DNA of 63,811 nucleotides from an uncultured Gammaproteobacteria bacterium (GTDB taxonomy: Bacteria > Patescibacteriota > Microgenomatia > Levybacterales > GWA1-39-11). Location of the stretch: positions 1-63,811 of the forward strand of contig CAYRUR010000006.1 of NCBI GenBank assembly GCA_964427615.1. Reading direction: 5' to 3'. Position numbers and translations under genes: made by a program. Under the pieces are notes generated by a model. That model saw only the letters and a program-made list of their open reading frames with translations, was not told the DNA's origin and ran no database searches. Numbering within the stretch: the stretch's first letter is position 1; each line of letters begins with the position of its first letter. This document shows positions 12,693 to 22,280 of the stretch, one piece after another.

Positions 12693-13787
12693 TTATGAAG
12701 AAAGTCTTATAAATTCTTTTTCTCGTATAGCAAAGGTTCTGGCCACTTCCAAAGTAACAACACCTTGTTTTACGAGCTGAGCCAGAGAATATTCAAGAGT
12801 CGCCATGCCTACGTCTTGGGAAGTTTCAATAATGGAATCTATCATATGGGTTTTACCTTCTCGGATATTTGATTTGACAGCATTGGTTCCAATAAGTACT
12901 TCTGTTGCAACAACTCTGCCTCCTTCAATTTTAGGAACTAATCGCTGAGAGATGACTCCCTCCAGAGTTGATGCAAGTTGAATTCTAATCTGTGCTTGTT
13001 GGTGCTCAGGAAATGAGTCAATAATCCTATCAATTGCCTGAGCTGCAGAGTTGGTGTGCAGTGTGGAAAGCACCAAATGACCAGTCTCGGCAATAGTGAT
13101 GGCAGAAGAAATACTTTCAGGGTCTCTCATTTCTCCGATAAATACTACATCAGGATCTTCGCGTAATACAGAACGCAAAGCTTCACCCCAGGAGTGGGTA
13201 TCAAGTCCCATTTCTCTTTGAGAAATAATGCTTTTGCCTTTGGGATAAATATATTCTATCGGATCTTCTATGGCAATAATATTGGCCTCACGAGTCATAT
13301 GAATTTCATTGATAATGGCTGCAAGTGTAGTGGATTTTCCATGTCCGGTTGGGCCAGTTACTAGTACCAGCCCTTGACGTAAAGATGCAAAATGATGACA
13401 GGCTTGGGGTAAAAAGAGTTCTTCAATGGTCTTTACTTTCGGAGGTAGTAATCTGAATGCTCCTGCAACGGTACCTTTTTGAAAATAGAGATTAATTCTA
13501 AATCTTCCTTTGTCTCCAAAATCTCCTCCCCCATAGCCATACGAGAAGTCAAGACTTTTATTCGTTATAAACATTTCTTTTTGCTCTTCAGTAAGGATAG
13601 AAACACAGAGCTGTTCTACTTCTTCTTTTGAAAGTGCAGGGTAAGAAGGAATGGGAGTAAGTTTTCCATCAATACGTAGAACAGGAGGGTCTCCTGCAAG
13701 CAAATGCAAATCAGAAGCATTATTTTCTACTGTCTTGTCAAATAGCTCCTGAAGCGTATATTTTTTTGTTTGGGCAGTTTGTTCCAT
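12693..13787 (-). CDS. pilT: type IV pilus retraction ATPase
   Basis: 364-aa ORF. Motifs: Walker A GPTGHGKST, Asp box, AIEDPIEY, GHLVLSTLHTNSA (His box). Confidence 0.9.
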   Translation of the reverse strand: MEQTAQTKKYTLQELFDKTVENNASDLHLLAGDPPVLRIDGKLTPIPSYPALSKEEVEQLCVSILTEEQKEMFITNKSLDFSYGYGGGDFGDKGRFRINLYFQKGTVAGAFRLLPPKVKTIEELFLPQACHHFASLRQGLVLVTGPTGHGKSTTLAAIINEIHMTREANIIAIEDPIEYIYPKGKSIISQREMGLDTHSWGEALRSVLREDPDVVFIGEMRDPESISSAITIAETGHLVLSTLHTNSAAQAIDRIIDSFPEHQQAQIRIQLASTLEGVISQRLVPKIEGGRVVATEVLIGTNAVKSNIREGKTHMIDSIIETSQDVGMATLEYSLAQLVKQGVVTLEVARTFAIREKEFIRLSS

Positions 13788-13809
13788 ATCTTTATCTTAC
13801 GCATATTCA

Positions 13810-15543
13810 CTACTCTTCTGCAACGCGTAGAATTTCGTCAATAGTAGTAGTGCCTGAGAGTACTTTTAAAAATCCATCTTGTTTCATGGTAATCATGCCT
13901 TCCTCTTTTGCCTGATTTTCTATGGTGGCAGCATCTGCTTTTTGCAATACTAATTTTGCTATTTTTTCACTTACAGACATAACCTCAAAGATTCCTACCC
14001 GTCCCAGATATCCAGAATCTCCACAAGCTTCACAGCCTTTACCTTTATATAATTTTACTTGTCCTGATGGGTTGGGAGGCATAAGATCTCCGAGTACTTT
14101 TTGAATTTCTGCTACTAATTCCTGTGGGGGAATATACTCGTATTTACAGTTATCACAAATTTTTCGGGCAATTCTTTGAGCAACGATAGCGTTCATAGTA
14201 GAAGCTAGAAGAAAAGTCTCTGCTCCCATATCAAGAAGACGAGGAAGTGTTCCAGCTGCATTGGAGGTGTGTAGCGTTGAGAATACTAAATGTCCGGTAA
14301 GCGCTGCCTGGATAGCTAATTCCGTTGTCTCATTATCACGAATTTCTCCGACCAGGATGATATTAGGGTCTTGGCGTAAGAATGAACGTAACCCTTTAGC
14401 AAAGGTAAGTCCTACTTCTGGATTGATTTGTACTTGATTGATACCCTGGATTTGGTATTCTACTGGATCTTCTAGAGTCATAATATTTACTCGGGTTGTA
14501 TTTAATTTTGACAGAACTGCGTATAAGGTGGTTGTTTTTCCTGATCCAGTAGGACCGCAGACAATAATAATGCCATGAGGACGCAGAATAGAAGCTTCCA
14601 GATTTTTAAGTGCCGTTCCTCTGAGACCTAATTCTTGTAGGGAAGGCACACCACCGCTTTTGCGCAAAAGTCGCATAACGATTTTTTCTCCATACACAGT
14701 AGGTAAAACGCTGACACGCAAGTCTACCTCTTCTTCACCAAATTTAAAATTAAATCTTCCATCTTGAGGAGTACGGTGCTCATCAATTTTCATATCAGAT
14801 AATATTTTGATACGGGAAACAACAGCTTGTGCTACTCCTAAAGGCAGAGAAAGTCTTTCATATAATATGCCATCAATACGGTATCGCACTCTTACTCTGT
14901 CCTCAAAAGGCTCTATATGAATATCTGAACTTCGGCTTTTCATGGCATATTCAAGCACGGTAGATACGATTTTTGCGATAGGAGCATCATTGATAGTATC
15001 CTTTATGCTTTCCTTATCAAATGTCTTTATTTTTGTTATCTGCTCTCTTTCTTTCAGCGCTTCTTTTACTTCTCCGACAAGTCCTACAGTGTATTGGGTC
15101 TTAATAGATTCGTTGATTTCATCAGGAATGCCTTGAAAAGCTTTTACGTTGAGTCCTGTTTTATGCTTGATAAAATTGATGGTTTCAAAGTCAAGAGGAT
15201 CAGCCATAGCAACAGACAAGCTGTTGGTCTCTTTTTCATAGGCAAAAGGAATGAGTGTGTTGCGTTCTGCTAAATTTTTGGGGATAAATCCAAGCGCTTC
15301 CGGTGAAAACGGCATTGACGCAATAGATACATACGCAACTCCAATTGATTTTGCCCGTGCTTCGTAATACTTTTGGGGAGGAACTGTGTTTGATTGTAGG
15401 AGCAAAGTATCTATTGAAATACCTTTGTTAGCAGAATCAATTTTTAATTGTTGTAGTGTGTCACTATTGAGAATACCCTCTTCAAGAAGGATATCGGCAA
15501 CGGTTTTATTTACCGGTTGTTGGGCAGGAAAGTTTGGATCCAT
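13810..15543 (-). CDS. pilB: type IV pilus assembly ATPase (GspE/PilB family)
   Basis: 577-aa ORF. Motifs: Walker A GPTGSGKTT, LEDPVEY, GHLVFSTLHT, and the tetracysteine CDNC...CEAC. Confidence 0.9.
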   Translation of the reverse strand: MDPNFPAQQPVNKTVADILLEEGILNSDTLQQLKIDSANKGISIDTLLLQSNTVPPQKYYEARAKSIGVAYVSIASMPFSPEALGFIPKNLAERNTLIPFAYEKETNSLSVAMADPLDFETINFIKHKTGLNVKAFQGIPDEINESIKTQYTVGLVGEVKEALKEREQITKIKTFDKESIKDTINDAPIAKIVSTVLEYAMKSRSSDIHIEPFEDRVRVRYRIDGILYERLSLPLGVAQAVVSRIKILSDMKIDEHRTPQDGRFNFKFGEEEVDLRVSVLPTVYGEKIVMRLLRKSGGVPSLQELGLRGTALKNLEASILRPHGIIIVCGPTGSGKTTTLYAVLSKLNTTRVNIMTLEDPVEYQIQGINQVQINPEVGLTFAKGLRSFLRQDPNIILVGEIRDNETTELAIQAALTGHLVFSTLHTSNAAGTLPRLLDMGAETFLLASTMNAIVAQRIARKICDNCKYEYIPPQELVAEIQKVLGDLMPPNPSGQVKLYKGKGCEACGDSGYLGRVGIFEVMSVSEKIAKLVLQKADAATIENQAKEEGMITMKQDGFLKVLSGTTTIDEILRVAEE

Positions 15544-15570
15544 TTCTTCTCTTTATCGTAGTAGAAGTAT

Positions 15571-15585
15571 TGTTATAATGTCAAT
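15571..15585 (+). promoter_or_regulatory. extended -10 box immediately upstream of a start codon (leaderless-type promoter)
   Basis: TGtTATAAT (15571-15579) is followed by gtcaat and then ATG at 15586. There is no Shine-Dalgarno sequence. Confidence 0.4.
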
Positions 15586-16275
15586 ATGAATAGCATTGTG
15601 GTTGAAGGGGATGAGAGGCAAAGACGACTCCATATAGAGGAACATATTAAAAAGTATGCGATTCCAGCATATCTGACTTTTACTTATCCGGAAAAACTCA
15701 AAATTGCTGAAGTACGTGCTATCAAAAAACAACTTTCTACTCGCCTGCCAAAAGGTCAACGTAGGGTTTTTATTATTGAGGCAGATATCTCTCTAGAAGC
15801 TCAACATGCACTCTTGAAAACATTGGAGGAATTACCTGAAGATACTGATATTATGCTCTCGGTCTCTCACAAAGACGTATTACTACCTACGATTCTCTCT
15901 CGTTGTAAGATTGTAAGTTTTGCTGTTCCTTCTCAGGGAGTTAACACAGATGTAGAGGCTTCTCTTACTAATCTTTTCTCAGCTACTACTCTACCGTCAA
16001 GAATTTATCATGCTTTGCAAGTTACTGAAAAAACAGGAGTATCTGACGTAGTTGAGTACGAACATCTGCTACACACAGTTAGGGGACAGTTAAAGGATAT
16101 GCTTTTATCTGAATCGCCAAAAGCAAAAGAAGAAATAACTACCATGCAACAGCTACTCTCGGGCCTTCTAGATCATTATTCACTTGTAGCAAATAACAAT
16201 CTGAATAAGCGAATGACTTTGGATTTAGTGCTAATTGAAGCAATTACTAAATTGCCTATTGACAAGAAAAAATAG
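15586..16275 (+). CDS. holB: DNA polymerase III delta-prime-like clamp-loader subunit (short form)
   Basis: 229-aa ORF. RVFIIEADISLEAQHALLKTLEE and the LSRC (SRC) motif are present. No Walker A is seen at the N-terminus. Confidence 0.65.
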   Translation: MNSIVVEGDERQRRLHIEEHIKKYAIPAYLTFTYPEKLKIAEVRAIKKQLSTRLPKGQRRVFIIEADISLEAQHALLKTLEELPEDTDIMLSVSHKDVLLPTILSRCKIVSFAVPSQGVNTDVEASLTNLFSATTLPSRIYHALQVTEKTGVSDVVEYEHLLHTVRGQLKDMLLSESPKAKEEITTMQQLLSGLLDHYSLVANNNLNKRMTLDLVLIEAITKLPIDKKK

Positions 16276-16297
16276 ATGTGTTTTGCTTAATACAGAT

Positions 16298-16852
16298 ATG
16301 AAATTTGTAAATAACATCAACCGCAATTCTTCATTAAAATCCGGTTTTACTCTTATTGAGCTTTTGGTTGTTATCGCAGTGTTAGGTGTATTAGCAGGAG
16401 CAGTCCTAATAGCTATTGATCCTCTAGAACAACTTGCAAGAGGAAGAGATTCTGGTAGAAGCAGCGCAGTGACTCAAATGGGAAGATCTTTGGAAGCATA
16501 TTATGCTGCAAATAGTGCATATCCTACAGCTGCAACCTGGGCTACCGATATGCAAACTTCAGGAGAGATAAAAGCAATCCCTAAGAATCCTGACTATAGT
16601 AAAGTTTCGGTTACTGGCTGTCCAACAGGAACAACAGCTGCTGCAGCAAATAATTATTATTGTTATGTATTGAATGCTACGAATACGGAGGCATTAGTAT
16701 TTGCAAAAGCAGAAGCAGATCAGAATAATGGTAAGTGTACAGGTGCTGAGGTCGCTTGGCATGTATTTTCAACTGCAGATGGAAGAGCTGGTATTGTATG
16801 TACAGCAAATGCTTCTACTGCTCCTACAGTTGGTACCCAAACATTTCAGTAA
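16298..16852 (+). CDS. type IV pilin (candidate major pilin)
   Basis: Start trimmed to ATG 16298. It carries the prepilin signal ...SLKSG|FTLIELLVVIAVLGVLAG and a Cys pair in the C-terminal region. Confidence 0.8.
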   Translation: MKFVNNINRNSSLKSGFTLIELLVVIAVLGVLAGAVLIAIDPLEQLARGRDSGRSSAVTQMGRSLEAYYAANSAYPTAATWATDMQTSGEIKAIPKNPDYSKVSVTGCPTGTTAAAANNYYCYVLNATNTEALVFAKAEADQNNGKCTGAEVAWHVFSTADGRAGIVCTANASTAPTVGTQTFQ

Positions 16853-16949
16853 ATTGCTCCTTGTAGCTTATTTCTAGAACATTTGTTCCAAAAGTCTTTA
16901 GGTTGTAGATTCGTTTTGGTAAGGGGATTGCTTCTCTGACACTCGCAAT

Positions 16950-17989
16950 TGTAAATGTCAGTTAAATCGGTAACAGAGTTTTAGCAAAAGCTTCAGGCGT
17001 TTTTCCTTGTAAAGACTGGTGAGGTCTGAGGGTATTGTAATACACTAAGTACTGCAAGAGTTCTTCTTTTAACTCATCTAACGAGTCATAATACGTATCA
17101 GACAAAAGATCCTCTTCTACTGTTCTCCAGAATCTTTCTACTTTCCCATTTGTTTGAGGTCTGTAAGGTCTGGTGTATCTATGTTTAATGCCCATCTCTT
17201 TAAGTAATCGTTCTACTGGGTGCGTATCTTTTCTTGAACTGGCTTTTGTCCCCATTTCAGGTCCATTATCAGTGAGAACTTCCGCAAACTTAATCTGGTA
17301 TTGATCAAAAATGAGGTTAAAACATTTTAAGATAGCAAACATGACAGTTAAACTTTTAATATCTTCCGTAATCTCAGCCCAGGCAATTCTGGAACAGTCA
17401 TCAAGCACACAGACTAGAAACAACTTCTTGTTTACTCCTTTTAAAATACTTCTGTTTAAGTAATGGCAATCTATATGGCCTAACTCTCCAAGCATATTTT
17501 TAATTATCCTCCTTTTCTTCTCTCTAAGGGGTTTGTTTAATTTATTTAACCCATGCCTGAGAAAAATATTGCACACCCCTGAAGGAGAAGGCGTATGACT
17601 TTTTAAACTTGGTCTTAAAATATCCACAATCTCATAGCGGTTGTTCCCTTTTTTTCTTAACTCTATGACTTTTTGCTCAATAAAGGGAAGTGGCCTTCTG
17701 GTTTTGTATTTAGGTCCTCTTTTTTGCGGCAGAAGATCTATCTTTTGCCCACTTTGTTTGAAACGATTGTAATACTTTAAAAAACTTTTAGCGCACGTAT
17801 CATGATGCCGGTAAAAGTCTTTCACGAAGACAAACTGAGGATGCTTACGTTGTTTGACCAGTTCATACTCTTGCATTAAAAACTGATACTTCTGTAAGTA
17901 GTTTCTTTGTAACGTTAAGTCTTTAGTATTTATTCTCATGGTAACAAAATTTTATACCTTTTTTGTTACCGAATTATCTAACATTTACA
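16950..17989 (-). mobile_element. IS481-like insertion sequence (IS3/rve superfamily), apparently intact
   Basis: 26-nt terminal inverted repeats: TGTAAATGTCAGTTAAATCGGTAACA (16950-16975) versus the reverse complement of 17964-17989 (23/26 match). A 5-bp direct duplication gcaat flanks it (16945-16949 and 17990-17994). Confidence 0.85.
16962..17939 (-). CDS. DDE transposase (integrase core domain, IS481-like)
   Basis: 325-aa ORF. It has an N-terminal HTH region and a DDE triad context: GHIDCHYL, LTDNGPEM, RPQTNGKVERFWRT. Confidence 0.85.
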   Translation of the reverse strand: MRINTKDLTLQRNYLQKYQFLMQEYELVKQRKHPQFVFVKDFYRHHDTCAKSFLKYYNRFKQSGQKIDLLPQKRGPKYKTRRPLPFIEQKVIELRKKGNNRYEIVDILRPSLKSHTPSPSGVCNIFLRHGLNKLNKPLREKKRRIIKNMLGELGHIDCHYLNRSILKGVNKKLFLVCVLDDCSRIAWAEITEDIKSLTVMFAILKCFNLIFDQYQIKFAEVLTDNGPEMGTKASSRKDTHPVERLLKEMGIKHRYTRPYRPQTNGKVERFWRTVEEDLLSDTYYDSLDELKEELLQYLVYYNTLRPHQSLQGKTPEAFAKTLLPI

Positions 17990-18199
17990 GCAATGACGTC
18001 TCTGTTTACTGCTCTATTTTCTTAATTCTTATTTCTAATGGCTGTACGTTATACGCTAAACGCTTGTTTTCTGCTTTCTGATCTCTGTTTACTGTTTTCT
18101 TTTACTCCTGAATCATAAATCTTAAATCATGAATCTTTTTCTCCAACTCGTTAACTGATTTGTACAAATAGAAAGCATATCTGGTATAAATAAAGAGAC

Positions 18200-18958
18200 A
18201 TGTATTTATTAATGGCTTTATTATTTTTTATTGGTTCTGCTGTTGGTAGCTTTTTGAATGTATTAATTGACCGTATTCCTCGTGATGAGAGTATTTTTCT
18301 TTCTCGGTCATATTGCGAAAAATGCAAAAAGAGGCTTGCCTGGTATGATCTTATTCCTCTTTTCTCTTTTCTTTTACTAAGAGGGAGATGCCGATATTGT
18401 AAACACGCCATACCTTCGCGGCTTTTTTTAGTTGAAATGCTGAATGCGATTGGATATGTTGCTATATTTTTTCTTACCTACTCTACCCTACCTTTGTCTG
18501 TGATTCTTATTCTTTGTGCAATCTTTAGTACTTTGATTGTATTGTTTTTTATAGATTATTATCATTCTATAATTCCTGACATTTTGCTGATTGTCTTATT
18601 AGTTCTGGGAACTGTTTATCATCTTCTGATACATCCTATAAAAATTCCTACATATATAATAGTAGGCCTCATTTCTTTTTTATTTCTCTACATTCCGTAT
18701 AAGATAACTTCTGGAAAAGGAATGGGATATGGTGATGTACAGTTTGCGTTTGTGATAGGCTTTTTATTGGGATTTCCTCAAATTATTGTGGCCTTTTATG
18801 GCGCATTCTTGACAGGTGCTTTGCTTTCAATCATACTGATAATAGCTAAAAAGAAAAAGCTACGTGGGGATACCATTCCCTTTGGACCTTTTTTGATAAT
18901 CGGTATTTTATGTAGTCTTTTCTTGACTGATTGGGCTATGCAGTTTTTTACATTTTAG
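18200..18958 (+). CDS. pilD: prepilin peptidase / N-methyltransferase (A24 family)
   Basis: 252-aa polytopic ORF. Motifs: CEKCKKRLAWYDLIPLFSFLLLRGRCRYCKHAI zinc motif, catalytic GMGYGDVQF and IPFGPFL. Confidence 0.9.
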   Translation: MYLLMALLFFIGSAVGSFLNVLIDRIPRDESIFLSRSYCEKCKKRLAWYDLIPLFSFLLLRGRCRYCKHAIPSRLFLVEMLNAIGYVAIFFLTYSTLPLSVILILCAIFSTLIVLFFIDYYHSIIPDILLIVLLVLGTVYHLLIHPIKIPTYIIVGLISFLFLYIPYKITSGKGMGYGDVQFAFVIGFLLGFPQIIVAFYGAFLTGALLSIILIIAKKKKLRGDTIPFGPFLIIGILCSLFLTDWAMQFFTF

Positions 18959-18967
18959 CTAAGGTTT

Positions 18968-19477
18968 ATGCGAATACAGAATGTGCTGTCACATAGAGGA
19001 TTTACACTTATAGAATTAACTGTTGTGATGGGTGTCTTAGGAGTGCTTATGGGAGCACTGATCATTGTGGTAAACCCCACAGAGCAAATGAGAAAAGCAC
19101 ATGATACCCAAAGAAAAAATGATTTATCCCAAATTCAAAGAGCGCTTGAGATTTATTACAATGATCACGGAAAATACCCTGACATGAGTGCCTATATGAT
19201 TGTAAATACGGATGGTACCCCAGTTGGTTGGGGATCTTCTTGGAGTCCCTATATTTCCCGATTGCCTAAAGATCCAGGTGTGAATAGGTATGTATATGTA
19301 GTAGGTTCTAACAACCAAACGTATTATATCTATGCCTCACTTGAAAGAGGCGGTAAAGATACAGCTGCCTGTAATAATGGAGATCCTTGTCTTAAACTTT
19401 CTTCACTTTCAGTGTCTGAGAGTGCTTGTGGTGGGACGTGTAATTATGGTGTGAGTAGCACTAACACGTCACCTTAA
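18968..19477 (+). CDS. pilin-like protein (GspG-type fold)
   Basis: N-terminal RG|FTLIELTVVMGVLGVL, then DTQRKNDLSQIQRALEIYYNDHGKYP, as in T2SS-G/pseudopilins. Confidence 0.8.
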   Translation: MRIQNVLSHRGFTLIELTVVMGVLGVLMGALIIVVNPTEQMRKAHDTQRKNDLSQIQRALEIYYNDHGKYPDMSAYMIVNTDGTPVGWGSSWSPYISRLPKDPGVNRYVYVVGSNNQTYYIYASLERGGKDTAACNNGDPCLKLSSLSVSESACGGTCNYGVSSTNTSP

Positions 19478-19483
19478 AAATAT

Positions 19484-19939
19484 ATGCAAATACAGAAGAA
19501 AATAACAGGCTTTACACTTATAGAACTAATAGTCGTGATGGCTATTATTTCCATTATTGCTACTTTTTTGATGGCAAATTTTGCTGGAGTTAGAGAGAGA
19601 TCTCGTGATGCCACTAGAAAGTCAGATGTAAGTCAGATCCGCAATGCATTGGAGATATATCGTTCTGATGAGGGATTTTATCCGTCGACTCTTTATCCAG
19701 CTGGTACTACTGAGTGTACTTCTGAATACCCGTTGACCAATGACGCTGGGACTGTAGTATATATGGAAAAGATACCCTGTGATCCCTCAGATAACAGTGC
19801 ATATGAGTATACTGTTTCTGCTGATCAGCTGACATATACTATACGAGCATGTCTTGAAAATGATAATGACGCACAAAAGGCACCTGATTCGGAGAAAGGT
19901 TCTTGTGCTGTTGCTGCTTATGTCCTAACAAATCCATGA
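19484..19939 (+). CDS. pilin-like protein (GspG-type fold)
   Basis: N-terminal TG|FTLIELIVVMAIISIIA, then DATRKSDVSQIRNALEIYRSDEGFYP. Confidence 0.8.
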   Translation: MQIQKKITGFTLIELIVVMAIISIIATFLMANFAGVRERSRDATRKSDVSQIRNALEIYRSDEGFYPSTLYPAGTTECTSEYPLTNDAGTVVYMEKIPCDPSDNSAYEYTVSADQLTYTIRACLENDNDAQKAPDSEKGSCAVAAYVLTNP

Positions 19940-21138
19940 TTGCTTGCGTCAAAAAGATTACCTCATTACTTCGTGCAACTGTCACTGCCAACAGCGGATT
20001 TACCCTCCTTGAGTTGATGGTTGTATTTTCTATAGGGGTGATCATTGCAGGTATTGGTTTTGCTTCTCTTGCCTCCTATGGTAGAAGACAGGAAGTTAAT
20101 CAAGCAGCTCAAAATGTTCATCTGGCTTTTAATACGGCAAAATTTGATGCAGTCTCTTTTGTAAAGCCAAAAGGTTGTCCTGCTTCTAGTAGCATTGATT
20201 CATATAAAGTAAGAATTGATGTGTCGTCAAATAAGTATAGTGTAGAGGCACAATGTGGTTTCTCTGATATTCCACTTGATTCTTATCCCAAGGTTTTGCC
20301 ACAAAATGTTACCTTTATGGCTGATAAAACCACGTGTGGACAAATATCTTATGCTGTTCTTTCAGGAGTTATTTCTAGTCCTGAGGGACTCCCTTGTATT
20401 ATAGGACTTCAAGCATATGGCAATAAAATATGCATTGGTGTGGATACTTCTGGTAATACCCGTGAGGTATCCTGTGACAAAATTATTATTCCAACTCCTA
20501 CGCCAACCCCTTTGCCAGTACCTACTGCAACACCAACACCAGTGCCAACAAGTACGCCAGTGCCTCCTACCCCTACTCCCACGCCGGCTTGTATTGATGC
20601 TGATGGAGATGGATATGGAGCTGTAGGATCAGTGGGTTGTCCAAAGACAGGAGTAGATTGTCATGATGGAAATGCAAATGTTAATCCAGGAATTACTGGG
20701 TACAAGGATGTTGCTTATGATTTGCCTGATGGTAGTGGAAAGAGTTTTGATTATAACTGCAAAAATGGAGGAGAGCCTGAACCTAAATATAACATGACTT
20801 GTGTTTCTCCAAAATATAACTATTGTCCTTGTCCTAATGCTGGGCCTAGCACTGCGGGATATTGTGATTCGTTATATCCGGGAGATAGTATATGTACTTC
20901 TGTAGCACTTACTTGTGGTACTTACTGTTCTTCTGTCCAAAAAACTCCTGAGTCTTCCTGTGGCACGACGATTACTGGCGGAACTTCGGCAAGTGATATG
21001 GTCTTTCAAACCACAAACAGTTCATGTAATGGGACTTGTACTCCGGGTACAGGTAATAATTGTACTTACCCTGCAAAAGCACCTTATGTACGTGTTATAG
21101 CACCTGTAATTAATACAGGCAAGGTCAAGTGTCGGTAG
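19936..21138 (+). CDS. large minor pilin with Pro/Thr linker and Cys-rich C-terminal domain
   Basis: Start moved to ATG 19936 (ATGA overlap with the upstream stop). Features: NSG|FTLLELMVVFSIGVIIAG, a PTPTPTPLPVPTATPTPVPTSTPVPPTPTPTP linker, then CIDADGDGYG...DCHDGNANVNPG and many further Cys. Confidence 0.75.
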   Translation: MIACVKKITSLLRATVTANSGFTLLELMVVFSIGVIIAGIGFASLASYGRRQEVNQAAQNVHLAFNTAKFDAVSFVKPKGCPASSSIDSYKVRIDVSSNKYSVEAQCGFSDIPLDSYPKVLPQNVTFMADKTTCGQISYAVLSGVISSPEGLPCIIGLQAYGNKICIGVDTSGNTREVSCDKIIIPTPTPTPLPVPTATPTPVPTSTPVPPTPTPTPACIDADGDGYGAVGSVGCPKTGVDCHDGNANVNPGITGYKDVAYDLPDGSGKSFDYNCKNGGEPEPKYNMTCVSPKYNYCPCPNAGPSTAGYCDSLYPGDSICTSVALTCGTYCSSVQKTPESSCGTTITGGTSASDMVFQTTNSSCNGTCTPGTGNNCTYPAKAPYVRVIAPVINTGKVKCR

Positions 21139-21143
21139 AAAAA

Positions 21144-21665
21144 ATGAAATGGTCAAATAAAGGACAGACAATTATTGAAGCGATTGTGGCGCTGGCAGCG
21201 ATTTTAGTTGCAATTTCTGCGATTGCGGTGGTCGTAACGCTTAGCGTCAGTAATGCAACGTATGTAAAGAGTCAGAATCTGGCCAATAAATATGCGCAAG
21301 ACGGGATGGAATTTTTACGTAATGCAGAAAGTGCTGCCATTCCCGTGAAAGTAGGAGCGACCAGTGACGAAACAAGTGCTAGCAACGTAGATTTCTTTGA
21401 TTTATTAGGGTCTTACTGTTTTCATGAAAATAATATTTTGTCTCCCGGGTCTACTGCTACCTGTACAGTAGGGTCTTCAACAGCTTTTAAAAGAGAGGTG
21501 TATGTAGACGACGGATGTGCAGGAGATATATCAGGTGGGGGAAAAGAAGTAACGGTTATTGTCAGATGGTCTGGTACCAAATGTAATACCGGAAACACAT
21601 TCTGTCATGAGTCAAAACTAGTATCATGTTTTAAAGAACCAGCTGCTAGTGAATCACAATTATGA
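21144..21665 (+). CDS. minor pilin-like protein (degenerate signal)
   Basis: KGQTIIEAIVALAAILVAISAI N-terminal helix with Glu at +5. ATG 21144 is preferred over GTG 21129 because the latter overlaps the upstream gene. Confidence 0.6.
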   Translation: MKWSNKGQTIIEAIVALAAILVAISAIAVVVTLSVSNATYVKSQNLANKYAQDGMEFLRNAESAAIPVKVGATSDETSASNVDFFDLLGSYCFHENNILSPGSTATCTVGSSTAFKREVYVDDGCAGDISGGGKEVTVIVRWSGTKCNTGNTFCHESKLVSCFKEPAASESQL

Positions 21666-22219
21666 AAAAATATTCTTCCAAAAAAGGATATACGCTTATA
21701 GAGTTAGTTGTTGTAGCAGGTATACTTGTTGTTATCTCCATGCTCGTTACGGGCGTACTCTACTCTATTTTAAGAGGAAGCAGTAAAAGTACGGTTACGA
21801 ATAATGTGGCGCAAAATGGTAATTATGCACTCTCTACAATGACTAATATCATCCTTACTTCTAATGATATTGTAACCGTGGGTTTAGAACCTGATTTTAG
21901 TAACTGTACTACTCCTCAGACAGGGACTTCTATTACTATGAAAAGAGTGGATGGTGGAGAGACAACACTTATTTGTGCAGGAGGTTTGATAGCTTCTCAA
22001 AGCGCAACAGGAGATAAAGTGGATCTTATTAATGCCAGTACTGTAGCGTTAGTAGGTGGAACATGCTCATTCACTTGTACGCAGCCTAATCTATATGCCC
22101 CTCCAGTTATTGATATAGAGTTTTCGCTCAGTGATAAAGGGGACTCTCAATTTGCAGAAAATATTTCCTCTGCCCTTTTCCAGACGCGAGTGTTACTACG
22201 AAATTATATGCCACAATGA
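21662..22219 (+). CDS. minor pilin-like protein
   Basis: KKG|YTLIELVVVAGILVVISML prepilin-type N-terminus. It has a 4-nt overlap with the previous gene. Confidence 0.75.
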   Translation: MKKYSSKKGYTLIELVVVAGILVVISMLVTGVLYSILRGSSKSTVTNNVAQNGNYALSTMTNIILTSNDIVTVGLEPDFSNCTTPQTGTSITMKRVDGGETTLICAGGLIASQSATGDKVDLINASTVALVGGTCSFTCTQPNLYAPPVIDIEFSLSDKGDSQFAENISSALFQTRVLLRNYMPQ

Positions 22220-22280
22220 TACAACTCTGCTTGACAATAAGCAGAAAATCGTCCTAAGATGGAGATAGGGATTTTTACAT

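Noticed and set aside
16235-16297. N-terminal extensions proposed by the ORF track (16235, 19903, 21129, 26368, 26842, 31493, 47196, 48404 and others)
   Set aside because: These extensions overlap upstream genes or a tRNA, or begin at TTG/GTG. Internal ATGs give canonical N-termini (prepilin signal, S16 MALVIR.., TrmD MHITVITLFP..) or ATGA coupling.
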